A stretch of 52,636 bases of DNA from an archaeon (GTDB lineage: Archaea > Methanobacteriota_B > Thermococci > Methanofastidiosales > NM3), in assembly GCA_004212155.1 (NCBI GenBank), contig RXIG01000014.1:1-52636 (forward strand). Direction: 5' to 3'. Both the position numbers and the translations under genes were made by a program. How positions within the stretch are numbered: position 1 is the stretch's first letter; every line of letters starts with the position of its first letter. The notes beneath the pieces are model-generated. The model saw only the letters and a list, made by a program, of their open reading frames with translations. It was not told the DNA's origin and did not search any database. This document shows positions 20,367-28,821 of the stretch, piece after piece.

Positions 20367-21482
20367 ATGAGAAATCGTTATAAGCTCCTTGCGCTACTTC
20401 TCGTAGTCATAATAGCGTTCTCTTTTTATACTTTTAATCTCCAACGATACATGGCTCCCCTTTCCGCATTTGGCAATCCTGTCGAAGAGGACCATGACCT
20501 CTTCACTGTCAACATGTGGCCCAACGGGATGTCGGGTGCATGTATGGTCACGCTCGATGACATATCCTCAGGGACATCCCCTTCAGACATGTGGCTTGTC
20601 GATTCCATCCTTCAGGAATATGGTGCCCACGCGACGTTTTTCGTTATACCAGCACATGGTGGGGAATCGAATGCCATCGCTGACAACGATGATGTCACCG
20701 ATGCGCTCAGGCAACTTGTTGATAAAGGCCACGAGGTTGCGTTGCACGGCTATTCGCATACGCCCCCAAAGGAGTTGCGTGGATTGAACAAGGAAGAACA
20801 GGCCAGCCTCATAACTGCCGGCAAGGAGATGCTCATTAATTCCATAGGGCCCGTATACGGATTCAGGGCGCCTTCTTTCTGGGACAACACGTCGACACAG
20901 GTCGTGCTGGCTGAAGAGGGATTCGAGTACAACGCTGGCGCCAGCCTGTTCAACGTATATCCTTATCAACCAAAGGACCTGTTCGACCCATTTTTCGGTG
21001 ATGTCATTGACATCATCGAAGTGCCGTGCTTTCCAATAGACTATCTGGCGCACGTTACGTCGGTATCTTACAGTGAGGACCTCTACAAACTCGAGGCCCG
21101 ATTTGAGGGGTGCCATAGCAAAGGCACGCCTTTTGTGCTTTTTACCCACCTCCCTGCATTAATGGAGGTGGACTCGCACACACGCCGTCACGAAGGCTTG
21201 CTACTCCTTGATTCGTTCCTTGGATATGCCGAAGAGCAGAACGTGTGGATGCCGTCCATGATAGAATTTGTACGATGGTGGGAGTTCATTACCCAGGCAA
21301 AGATTGATTACCATATGTCGTCAAACAATCTCGTCATATCAGTGATATCGGAGGATGTCATTGAGGGATTAACGTTCAATCTTGCCCTCCCTCCGGACAT
21401 CAACGACGTGTCAGTCTATGTGAACAACGAACTCGTCTTCACACAACAGGATATCGATAGCGATGCGAGGATTATCCTTTAA
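20367..21482 (+). CDS. Membrane-anchored polysaccharide deacetylase (NodB/DUF2334-like)
   Basis: N-terminal TM, TLDD, ATFFVIP, HEVALHGYSH, GFRAPSF. Confidence 0.85.
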   Translation: MRNRYKLLALLLVVIIAFSFYTFNLQRYMAPLSAFGNPVEEDHDLFTVNMWPNGMSGACMVTLDDISSGTSPSDMWLVDSILQEYGAHATFFVIPAHGGESNAIADNDDVTDALRQLVDKGHEVALHGYSHTPPKELRGLNKEEQASLITAGKEMLINSIGPVYGFRAPSFWDNTSTQVVLAEEGFEYNAGASLFNVYPYQPKDLFDPFFGDVIDIIEVPCFPIDYLAHVTSVSYSEDLYKLEARFEGCHSKGTPFVLFTHLPALMEVDSHTRRHEGLLLLDSFLGYAEEQNVWMPSMIEFVRWWEFITQAKIDYHMSSNNLVISVISEDVIEGLTFNLALPPDINDVSVYVNNELVFTQQDIDSDARIIL

Positions 21483-22720
21483 AAGAAGATTATCTCTTTT
21501 TCTATTGCGTTTACCGCTTCTTGGTCCTTCAAGATCCTGATGGATGCGCGTTTGAGCGATGAACCCAGCCCGCGTTGTGAAACGATGATGTCATTGATGA
21601 GATCATCGATGGAGACGTACTTCCGCTCACGAATGGTGTAGAGTACATCCTGTTCGACAAATACGTCCGGATGCTTCTGTTTGAACTTTTCCGCATGAGC
21701 ATATTTTTCCACCGGTGGACCTCGGTGTTTTTCCTTCTCCGGAAGCTGGCCGATCTCTATGTCGAGCATGACGCCCTTTGAGAAGACGCCGTGGCGAAAG
21801 AGGGTAAATCCATTGTCCCCACATTCCTTCACGACGTGCTCCACGAATTTGCGTGCCTGAGCGTAAAAGACCTCTTCGATGACATCAATGTCAAAAATGA
21901 TGACTACAAACGTCCCCGCATCGACAGGTTGGTACCCTGGCCTTGGCCCAGAAAACATCCGCACGTCTTTTGTTTCTGATACCGTGCGTGCCGCTTCGAT
22001 AAACCGTGAGAAGGTGGAAAGCGACACTGCGGAGGCCACATTCCTTGTAGGGTCTACAGGGTCTACGACGACCAACGGGTCTTCAAAGCCCTTCCCGTTT
22101 CCGTTCATGTCGATGATAACACCCCGCTCCCACTGAATGGCGTGAGCAAGAAGATTGGCAAAGGAATTGTACTTTATTATAAGCAGTTCGCAGAGATATC
22201 CCGAAAAACCATTCGCTCGAGAGTCAGCACCATAGAGCTTTTGGGCCTTGAGGAATTTTTTGAGAAGGCGTACATCATCCCTTTGAGAATCGTTCAGGTG
22301 TTCCATTACATATTCGAGATGGAAGGGGGTCCTGTCGACAGCGGATCGTATGTGCCTTCCAGAGGCGACCTTGTAGCATGGCACGATTTCCACGGGTAGA
22401 CCCTCGATGTCACCAGACACATATGGGTGCTCTGCATACGCTATCTTGTAGGAAGACCCAAAATGATTGAACGTAGACTTGCCTATCCGGAGTCCTTCAC
22501 GCTCAAGGAGCTCTTTGGGAAGGGATGGGTCAAAGAAGACGAATATGTCTAGGTCCATGTCCTCTTTTAGAAATGTATCCTTTGCTACCGAACCAACAAT
22601 AATCGATTCCTTACCAAAGGATTCCAATATATATGTCTTAATATGGTTGAACAGTTTTAGGGCGTTATCCCTTTCTCCTTCCTTTGGTCTGATTCGTTTA
22701 GTTATCTTGTCAAAGTTCAT
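21479..22720 (-). CDS. cca: CCA-adding enzyme (archaeal class I)
   Basis: VGSVAKDTFL...DLDIF, YAEHPYV, SAVDRTPFH, GFSGYLCELL, DPVDPTRNVASA. Confidence 0.96.
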   Translation of the reverse strand: MNFDKITKRIRPKEGERDNALKLFNHIKTYILESFGKESIIVGSVAKDTFLKEDMDLDIFVFFDPSLPKELLEREGLRIGKSTFNHFGSSYKIAYAEHPYVSGDIEGLPVEIVPCYKVASGRHIRSAVDRTPFHLEYVMEHLNDSQRDDVRLLKKFLKAQKLYGADSRANGFSGYLCELLIIKYNSFANLLAHAIQWERGVIIDMNGNGKGFEDPLVVVDPVDPTRNVASAVSLSTFSRFIEAARTVSETKDVRMFSGPRPGYQPVDAGTFVVIIFDIDVIEEVFYAQARKFVEHVVKECGDNGFTLFRHGVFSKGVMLDIEIGQLPEKEKHRGPPVEKYAHAEKFKQKHPDVFVEQDVLYTIRERKYVSIDDLINDIIVSQRGLGSSLKRASIRILKDQEAVNAIEKEIIFF

Positions 22721-23268
22721 AGGAAGAAATCCTTGACGGTTGAGTATATTGGCCCTTTCGGAGTAAGGGTGCTTTTGACAAGGCTAAATGATGTTACATC
22801 CTGGGTGCCTATTTCTATATCGTTCAATGATTTGATGATGTCATTGACATCCTTTTTTTCGTATACGGACTTGACGCGCGCGAACGTGATGTGTGCCTTG
22901 TATGGTTTCTGTTCCTTTTTGATACCCAATGTTGCCAAATGATCATCGATAGATTGAGCCAATTCTTCGATTTTTGGTTCATTGGCACCCACCCATATGA
23001 TTTTAGGGGCAAAAGAGTGAGGAAAAGCCCCCACACCATATATATGTAGAGAAAATGGTCCAATGTCATCATGTGAGTGTTTCAATGATTTGATGATGTC
23101 ATTGATGTCATCGTCTCTCTTTTCACCGATAAACTTCAGAGTGATGTGAATGTTATCTTTTGGAACAAACTTTGCCTTGATAACATTTTCTGGAAACTTC
23201 TCATAGAGCTCTGTGATTTTTTCTTTTATTTTCTCATCAAGAGTTATGGCTACGAAAAGCCTTGTCAT
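22717..23268 (-). CDS. thpR: RNA 2',3'-cyclic phosphodiesterase (2H family)
   Basis: RLFVAI, HITLKFIG, HITFAR, STLTPKGPIY. Confidence 0.93.
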   Translation of the reverse strand: MTRLFVAITLDEKIKEKITELYEKFPENVIKAKFVPKDNIHITLKFIGEKRDDDINDIIKSLKHSHDDIGPFSLHIYGVGAFPHSFAPKIIWVGANEPKIEELAQSIDDHLATLGIKKEQKPYKAHITFARVKSVYEKKDVNDIIKSLNDIEIGTQDVTSFSLVKSTLTPKGPIYSTVKDFFL

Positions 23269-23771
23269 ACAATATCTCCATTACCCTTGCTTATAGGCAT
23301 CTTTTCCCAGGGAAAAATGATCCACTTGTCAGTTTCAAAAACATAGTAATCTGGATCAATGATGCTTTTTGGTTTCTTAGCAATAACAGCTATCTTAATC
23401 GATTTGGCTTTTTTCTCAATAATATGTTTTTTTATTGCTACAAGCGTTTTACCAGTATCAGCAACATCATCGATTATTAAAACATTCATATTTTCTATGT
23501 TTTCAGTTAAAGGAGCTGTAATTTCTGGTTTTTCCATTCTTTTTTCAATGTCTGTGTAGAATTTGACATCTACTACACGCATAAGGATATTGTCTGAGAT
23601 ATGTGAAAGCCTGACGGCAGGCACTAATCCGCCCCTTGCGATTCCAACTATTATGTCGGGCCTGAACTCCTTTTCTATTTCATCTTTGAGAGTCCATATC
23701 GCTTCATCTACTTTTGCCCAATCCAAGTACTCCTTATCCATGTCGTTCACATCGGATATTTTTGTTTTCAT
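23265..23771 (-). CDS. Purine phosphoribosyltransferase (Gpt/Hpt-like)
   Basis: IVGIARGGLVPA, VLIIDDVADTGKT, PDYY...WIIFPWE. Confidence 0.9.
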   Translation of the reverse strand: MKTKISDVNDMDKEYLDWAKVDEAIWTLKDEIEKEFRPDIIVGIARGGLVPAVRLSHISDNILMRVVDVKFYTDIEKRMEKPEITAPLTENIENMNVLIIDDVADTGKTLVAIKKHIIEKKAKSIKIAVIAKKPKSIIDPDYYVFETDKWIIFPWEKMPISKGNGDIV

Positions 23772-23825
23772 TATTTAAATATTGGTATAGGAACAAGTTT
23801 TTATATGCGTTGAGAGAAATATCAT

Positions 23826-23845
23826 GTCAAGTAAAACGCCTTGAC
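23826..23845. promoter_or_regulatory. Candidate operator, inverted repeat GTCAAG-N8-CTTGAC
   Basis: Perfect 6-bp arms between a TTTTATAT box and the ATG at 23858, in a divergent intergenic region. Confidence 0.45.
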
Positions 23846-23857
23846 TGAGGGATTTTC

Positions 23858-24259
23858 ATGAAATACTCCTTTGAGTACATAGAAAAATGGATAGAAACTG
23901 ATTCTTTTGCTAATAAATTATTGAATATTAGTTATTTTTCTAAAATACAATTAAAAGATTATGTTTCATACATATGGAACAAGGAATTTGGAGATAATGT
24001 CACTCTTATAGAGCTTGCTGAACATCGAAATGTATCAAAACAGGCTATTTCTGACAACATACGACTTGCAAAGGACAATGTTGACAAGGCAATGGCCACC
24101 TTTATTTTGGGAGTTTACGCAAACCTTATCCCTCTAGAATCGATCATGATCTACATGGAATTATTGGAATTGTTAAGGGATGCAAAAGAAAGTGAAAGTG
24201 AATTGGCCTTTCAAAAAATGAGAAAAAAGATGATGATAATTTTGGATGAATTATTATGA
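23858..24259 (+). CDS. HTH DNA-binding protein (YlxM/sigma70-region-4-like)
   Basis: TLIELAEHRNVSKQAISDNIRLA resembles a YlxM-type HTH; GAGG SD. Confidence 0.72.
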   Translation: MKYSFEYIEKWIETDSFANKLLNISYFSKIQLKDYVSYIWNKEFGDNVTLIELAEHRNVSKQAISDNIRLAKDNVDKAMATFILGVYANLIPLESIMIYMELLELLRDAKESESELAFQKMRKKMMIILDELL

Positions 24260-24319
24260 TGTCAATAACATCTTAATGATATCATTGATGTTATTGATAT
24301 CTTCGTCACATCACCGATG

Positions 24320-24928
24320 TTATACTGCGTTGTAGATGAATTCCTTGCCTTTGCGTGTTCTTGTAAGATATCCTTTCTTGTGTAGTGTCTTGAGGGTTCT
24401 TGATATATGTCCTTTCGACATGCCCGTTTCTTTTGATATCTGTTCAGATGTGATGTTATTTTTGTACTTTGAAAGGATGCCCTCTTCGAATTCTGTTAGA
24501 TCCTCATCGGATGTTTCCTTGGGCGTAATCTTAGTTTCCTTCTCTTTCAGGGCAAAATCTATGAATTTATCTGTTATTTGATGCTGTGAATCCTTTATTG
24601 TCTTAACATCTTCTTCAATGAAGCTCATTTCTTTTTTGAGCAGATTTAATTCATCTTTATACACTACTTTTAGCATATCGTTATCGATTTCTACCATTTT
24701 TTCTGCTAATTTGTCGAGCTTAAATTCTTGTTTTTCTGTAGTTGCATCCAAGTTTTTTATATCACTTTTTATATTTTGCACTTCTGAGAACAAAGACCGT
24801 ATATCAGTGCGTAATGCTCGTATATTTTCGTCATCATGTTTTTCGACGACTTCTTTGAGTTTAGATATCTCCTCTTCAAGGTGAGTGTCCGGTTCTTTTT
24901 TCAGTCCAAGAAATGATAGAAGCCCCAT
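24320..24928 (-). CDS. Amphipathic-helix / coiled-coil / C-terminal winged-helix protein
   Basis: N-terminal MGLLSFLGLKK; heptad-rich central region; LTEFEEGIL...TSEQISKETGMSKGHISRTLKTLHKKGYLTRTRKGKEFIY. Confidence 0.8.
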   Translation of the reverse strand: MGLLSFLGLKKEPDTHLEEEISKLKEVVEKHDDENIRALRTDIRSLFSEVQNIKSDIKNLDATTEKQEFKLDKLAEKMVEIDNDMLKVVYKDELNLLKKEMSFIEEDVKTIKDSQHQITDKFIDFALKEKETKITPKETSDEDLTEFEEGILSKYKNNITSEQISKETGMSKGHISRTLKTLHKKGYLTRTRKGKEFIYNAV

Positions 24929-24949
24929 AATATGCTTTAGGTAATTATC

Positions 24950-24965
24950 TTTTAAATAACTTTCG
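24950..24965 (-). promoter_or_regulatory. BRE-TATA promoter of the coiled-coil wHTH gene, abutted by a repeat copy
   Basis: Minus strand reads CGAAAGTTATTTAAAA 22-37 nt upstream of ATG 24928; GATGTCATTGA at 24968 lies immediately upstream. Confidence 0.6.
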
Positions 24966-25085
24966 ATGATGTCATTGAAATATCGTTGAATATGATTTTT
25001 ACTTGTTTTTTAATATTTCTTTTATAAACACTCGGACAATATAAAATATCGATGATGTCATCGATGTTATTTGACATCAATGATA

Positions 25086-25751
25086 TTATTTGACATCAAT
25101 GACATCATCAACAATACTTATTGTTTTACACTCTCTTGTGAATATGCCGTTCTCTATAGTACCGGGGATGTTATTCAATTCCACTTCACGTGTTTTCGGA
25201 TTATCTATTTTCACCCAAAGATCTATTATGAAATTTCCATTATCAGATATCACTGGTCCGTCCTTTGCCTTAGCTTCACGCAAAATGGGGTTGCCAATCT
25301 CTGAAATACGCTTTATAACACTGGTATATGCTAGTGGTAGCACCTCTATTGGCACGGGGAATTTACTACCTAGTTGTTCAACGAACTTACTATCATCGAT
25401 AAGAACAAAAAAATCCTTAGCGCTGTAGCCTATTATCTTTTCCCGTGTCAGCGCCCCTCCCCGCCCTTTGATGAGATTTTTGCTTGGATCGACTTCATCA
25501 GCTCCATCAAAGGCTTTTTCTGGGGTGAATTCATGCAGTGTAACGATATTAATTTTATTATTTATGCATAGTTGCATTGATTGATAAGACGTCGGTACAG
25601 CATAGAATTTTTCGCCGTCTTCTATGCGCTTGCCTAGAGCATTAGCCAGATACTTGACCGTACTTCCAGTTCCCAACCCTATGACTTCTTCATCTTTGAT
25701 TAGTTGTGCAGCATATTTTCCTATTTCTTCTTTTTGCTTTTCTTTGTTCAT
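25086..25751 (-). CDS. rpiA: Ribose-5-phosphate isomerase A
   Basis: GLGTGSTV, DGADEVD, IKGRGGALTREK, PVPIEV, SDNGNFIID. Confidence 0.96.
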   Translation of the reverse strand: MNKEKQKEEIGKYAAQLIKDEEVIGLGTGSTVKYLANALGKRIEDGEKFYAVPTSYQSMQLCINNKINIVTLHEFTPEKAFDGADEVDPSKNLIKGRGGALTREKIIGYSAKDFFVLIDDSKFVEQLGSKFPVPIEVLPLAYTSVIKRISEIGNPILREAKAKDGPVISDNGNFIIDLWVKIDNPKTREVELNNIPGTIENGIFTRECKTISIVDDVIDVK

Positions 25752-26143
25752 ACTGTACAAACCTTTTTTATTAATATTAATATATTGTTCATGTAATATT
25801 TGTTTAGTTTTGAATAGGTTATCTTTATATATGGAGATTAATTAATGCATTCTACTTTTTATCTTTCTTTTTCATGACTTCACTTGAATTTACATATCTA
25901 CTGCTGGTATAATCATTTAATAGGTGATATATAGATTAATCACACATTTGAAAATTGCTTGATGGAATTTATATTTTGCATTGAGATGAGGGCAGCGTAC
26001 CTCCATTGATACACATTTGTCTTCAGTGCTTAGGAATGTGTATCTGAATGCTGTCTTAGGATCCGTTACACATGATGTCTTCGAATCGCGGTATGCGCAT
26101 GGAATCAGATACCTTTTTGAGCAATGCCTTCGATATCTGTACT

Positions 26144-27727
26144 ATGCGCCGGCACATTGTTAAGGTCTGTATTTGCTTACTCATACTCCCCTTATTTTTA
26201 CCTTCCTTGGCGTGTGCTATTGATTCTTCTGAAATAGATGAGGCTTTGGATGATGGCAATGTTACAATTCTTTTTTTCCGCGATGAAAGTTCAGTTTGTG
26301 GCATCATCATGAGCATGTTGTCCGATATCTCTTCGTCCTATGACGATGTGGATCTTATAGAGATATTTATTAGTGATAATGCTGATCTTGCAGACAGGTT
26401 CGAGGTTGGTGAACCCCCCGAGGTCCTTGTTTTTGATGGATTCGGCAGTTTGCATGAGCGCATCACCGGTGCACGCAGCAGAACATTTTATGAGGAATCA
26501 GTTCAAGGGGCCCTTGCAGCTCTAGAGAACATGAACGCTTCGGCTGATAAGTTCTATCAGAATGCCACTATTTTTTTCGATTCCGGTAAGTATACCAATG
26601 CACTTCAAAATTTTACCATGGCCGAGGAATTGTATGTTGAACTGGACAACGTCGAACGAACTTTGTTGTGCCGCATGTATATCCAAAAATGCAATAATTA
26701 TATCACTGCGCATGATCACTTGTCGCAGGCCGATGAATTATTTGAAGACGGCGAGTATGAGGATGCTGCTTTAGAGTATGATATTGCTTCTACGTACTTC
26801 GATAAGGTTAACGATGAGGAACTAATTGCATATTGTTCTCAGCAAATTGGTAGGTGTGAGCTTATCCCCTCTGCCGAGGATGATTTTTCGAGGGTTCAAG
26901 TCCTTATGGACTCTGGCCGTTACGGCACTGCTCGGCCTCTGCTCGTTTCTCTCAAGGACACGTATGCGGCCATTGGTGATGCAGAAAAAGAAGAGACAGT
27001 GTCCCAGTTGCTTACTACCTGTGACCTCTACCTTGAGGCGGATGCGTATGTCACGTCCGGATCCTCTGCCATGAGCGAGGGCAATTATGATATAGCGGTC
27101 GAAGAGTATACTGCGGCGCGAGATATATATACGGACTTGGGCGATTCTGACAAGGCTAGCATGTGTACCCAAAACATAACGCTTGCTCAGCAATATAGCA
27201 ACTCACAGACGCCCGCCCCTCCTGAAAAAGATGAAGAAGTTTTGGCGTTGGATTATCGTTATATTGCAATTGGGGCAACAGCCCTTCTCGTCATTCTCCT
27301 TTCAATCGTGTTATACAGACGTTCATCGAAAGCCTCCCGGGATTCGGGTTCAGCAATGGCCCGATTATCAGCTGGGCTGTCTTCTACCGAGCTGGAACAG
27401 GTGACCGAGCAGGAACCTGAGCCCGTTGAAGAGAACATGGAGCAAGCACATGACACATTCCTTCTGCATAGGGACAGCATTTTCGAGACAAAAAACACGT
27501 TGTTGTTCCAGTTTTCCCAATGGGTCGATGAACTATTGAATGAGATGGAAGGGGCCCAGCCGCATCAATACTTCTTTTTCAGGGGGAGATTCGAATCATT
27601 GCAGGCGTTCTTCACACGAAGTTTCAGTTCAGACGAGGAGTATATCGACCAAAGGCTCCTCTCGGATGTGAGGGATCGATTGCATGAATGCCAGTCCCGC
27701 CTCAACGATTTGATGGATCTTGTGTAG
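26144..27727 (+). CDS. Secreted/membrane-anchored thioredoxin-fold (SxxC) + TPR-like repeat protein
   Basis: Signal peptide, ESSVC, LADRFEVGEPP, helical repeats, single TM (YIAIGATALLVILLSIVLY), cytoplasmic tail. Confidence 0.72.
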   Translation: MRRHIVKVCICLLILPLFLPSLACAIDSSEIDEALDDGNVTILFFRDESSVCGIIMSMLSDISSSYDDVDLIEIFISDNADLADRFEVGEPPEVLVFDGFGSLHERITGARSRTFYEESVQGALAALENMNASADKFYQNATIFFDSGKYTNALQNFTMAEELYVELDNVERTLLCRMYIQKCNNYITAHDHLSQADELFEDGEYEDAALEYDIASTYFDKVNDEELIAYCSQQIGRCELIPSAEDDFSRVQVLMDSGRYGTARPLLVSLKDTYAAIGDAEKEETVSQLLTTCDLYLEADAYVTSGSSAMSEGNYDIAVEEYTAARDIYTDLGDSDKASMCTQNITLAQQYSNSQTPAPPEKDEEVLALDYRYIAIGATALLVILLSIVLYRRSSKASRDSGSAMARLSAGLSSTELEQVTEQEPEPVEENMEQAHDTFLLHRDSIFETKNTLLFQFSQWVDELLNEMEGAQPHQYFFFRGRFESLQAFFTRSFSSDEEYIDQRLLSDVRDRLHECQSRLNDLMDLV

Positions 27728-27735
27728 GTGCGATT

Positions 27736-28821
27736 ATGTACGAGTTTACCGAAGGGAGCGTCACGATCGATGTGCCTGAATATGAGATACAGACAAGCAG
27801 GAACGAGGTTTTCTACAATCCTGTCATGGAGTTCAATAGGAATGTTTCAATCCTACTAACCCGCTGCCTGCCACCCGAACGCGATATATTATGTGGCATG
27901 GCAGGAACGGGAGTAAGGGCGCTTCGATACGTGCGTGAGGCAGGACACCACGTTGATGCAAATGACATTAATCCCTTGGCCGCACGGCTCATCTCCTCCA
28001 ATGCAGAGAAAAACGATATCAACATCACTGCGATGAACAAGGACCTAAATCTCATCGACGGAAAATATGACGTCGTAGATGTCGATCCATTTGGTTCGCC
28101 GGTGCGCTATGTTCATCCCATAATGCGCCTTTTTAAGAAAGAAGGGTATCTTTTTGTCACTGCCACCGATACAGCCGCGTTGTGCGGATCGTTCAAAAAC
28201 GCATGCGTACGCAAATATGGCGCCCTTCCCCTAAAGACTGCGTATTGCCACGAGGTCGGGCTTCGCATCCTGTTGGGATATGTCGCAAGGTGTGCCGCAT
28301 CTTGGAATTATGGTGTAACTCCCATCATGTCATTTTACAAAGACCACTACATGCGTGTTCATGTCTATATACGCAGGGGCAAGCGCCGTGCAGATGAGAG
28401 CATGCGTCATCTGGGATATATCAATCACTGTTTCTCTTGTTCGCATCGGTCACATTCGCACACGCCCGAGTGTACGTGCGCGTGCGGAAACACGTTCAAC
28501 CATGCGAACCCCGTTTGGACCGGCAAACTATGTTCTGAGACCATGCTTGATGAGATGTTACAGGAAGTTCAGCAGGCGCATGTTGGCGACAAAGAGGCGA
28601 TGATCCGTTTCATAACGTTGTTGCGTGATGAGGTTTCCATACCGTACCATTGGGATTCGCACGAGATGGCCTCGATCTTACGCCTTCCTGCCGCGCCGCT
28701 GGAGACGATACTATCAAAGATTCGTGATGCCGGACATGCATGCTCTAGGACGCATTTCTCACCCACAAGCTTCAAGACGGATGCAACACTCGCTGATTTG
28801 GCATCGATATTCACCGATTGA
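27736..28821 (+). CDS. trm1: tRNA (guanine26-N2)-dimethyltransferase
   Basis: VFYNPVMEFNR, GTGVRALRY, DVDPFGSP, TATDTAALCG, HEVGLRIL, RTHF. Confidence 0.95.
   Translation: MYEFTEGSVTIDVPEYEIQTSRNEVFYNPVMEFNRNVSILLTRCLPPERDILCGMAGTGVRALRYVREAGHHVDANDINPLAARLISSNAEKNDINITAMNKDLNLIDGKYDVVDVDPFGSPVRYVHPIMRLFKKEGYLFVTATDTAALCGSFKNACVRKYGALPLKTAYCHEVGLRILLGYVARCAASWNYGVTPIMSFYKDHYMRVHVYIRRGKRRADESMRHLGYINHCFSCSHRSHSHTPECTCACGNTFNHANPVWTGKLCSETMLDEMLQEVQQAHVGDKEAMIRFITLLRDEVSIPYHWDSHEMASILRLPAAPLETILSKIRDAGHACSRTHFSPTSFKTDATLADLASIFTD

Larger units (their letters stand above)
21000..25109. repeat. Dispersed cluster of GATGTCATTGA-family repeats (9-bp unit GATGTCATT, tandem and palindromic)
   Basis: Exact 11-mer at 21000, 21354, 21587, 22837, 23095, 24968 (+) and 25096 (-); GATGTCA-T-TGACATC palindromes at 21000-21014 and 22837-22851; degenerate arrays at 24258-24301 and 25051-25109. 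Confidence 0.85.

Noticed and set aside
24258-25109. Repeat arrays as a CRISPR array
   Set aside because: Units are 9-19 bp, degenerate, irregularly spaced and partly inside CDSs; there are no unique spacers and no cas genes.
25760-26050. Canonical oriC (ORB boxes) or dif site in the AT-rich gap
   Set aside because: No ORB-like motif with a G-string, no cdc6, and no convincing 11-6-11 dif palindrome seen.
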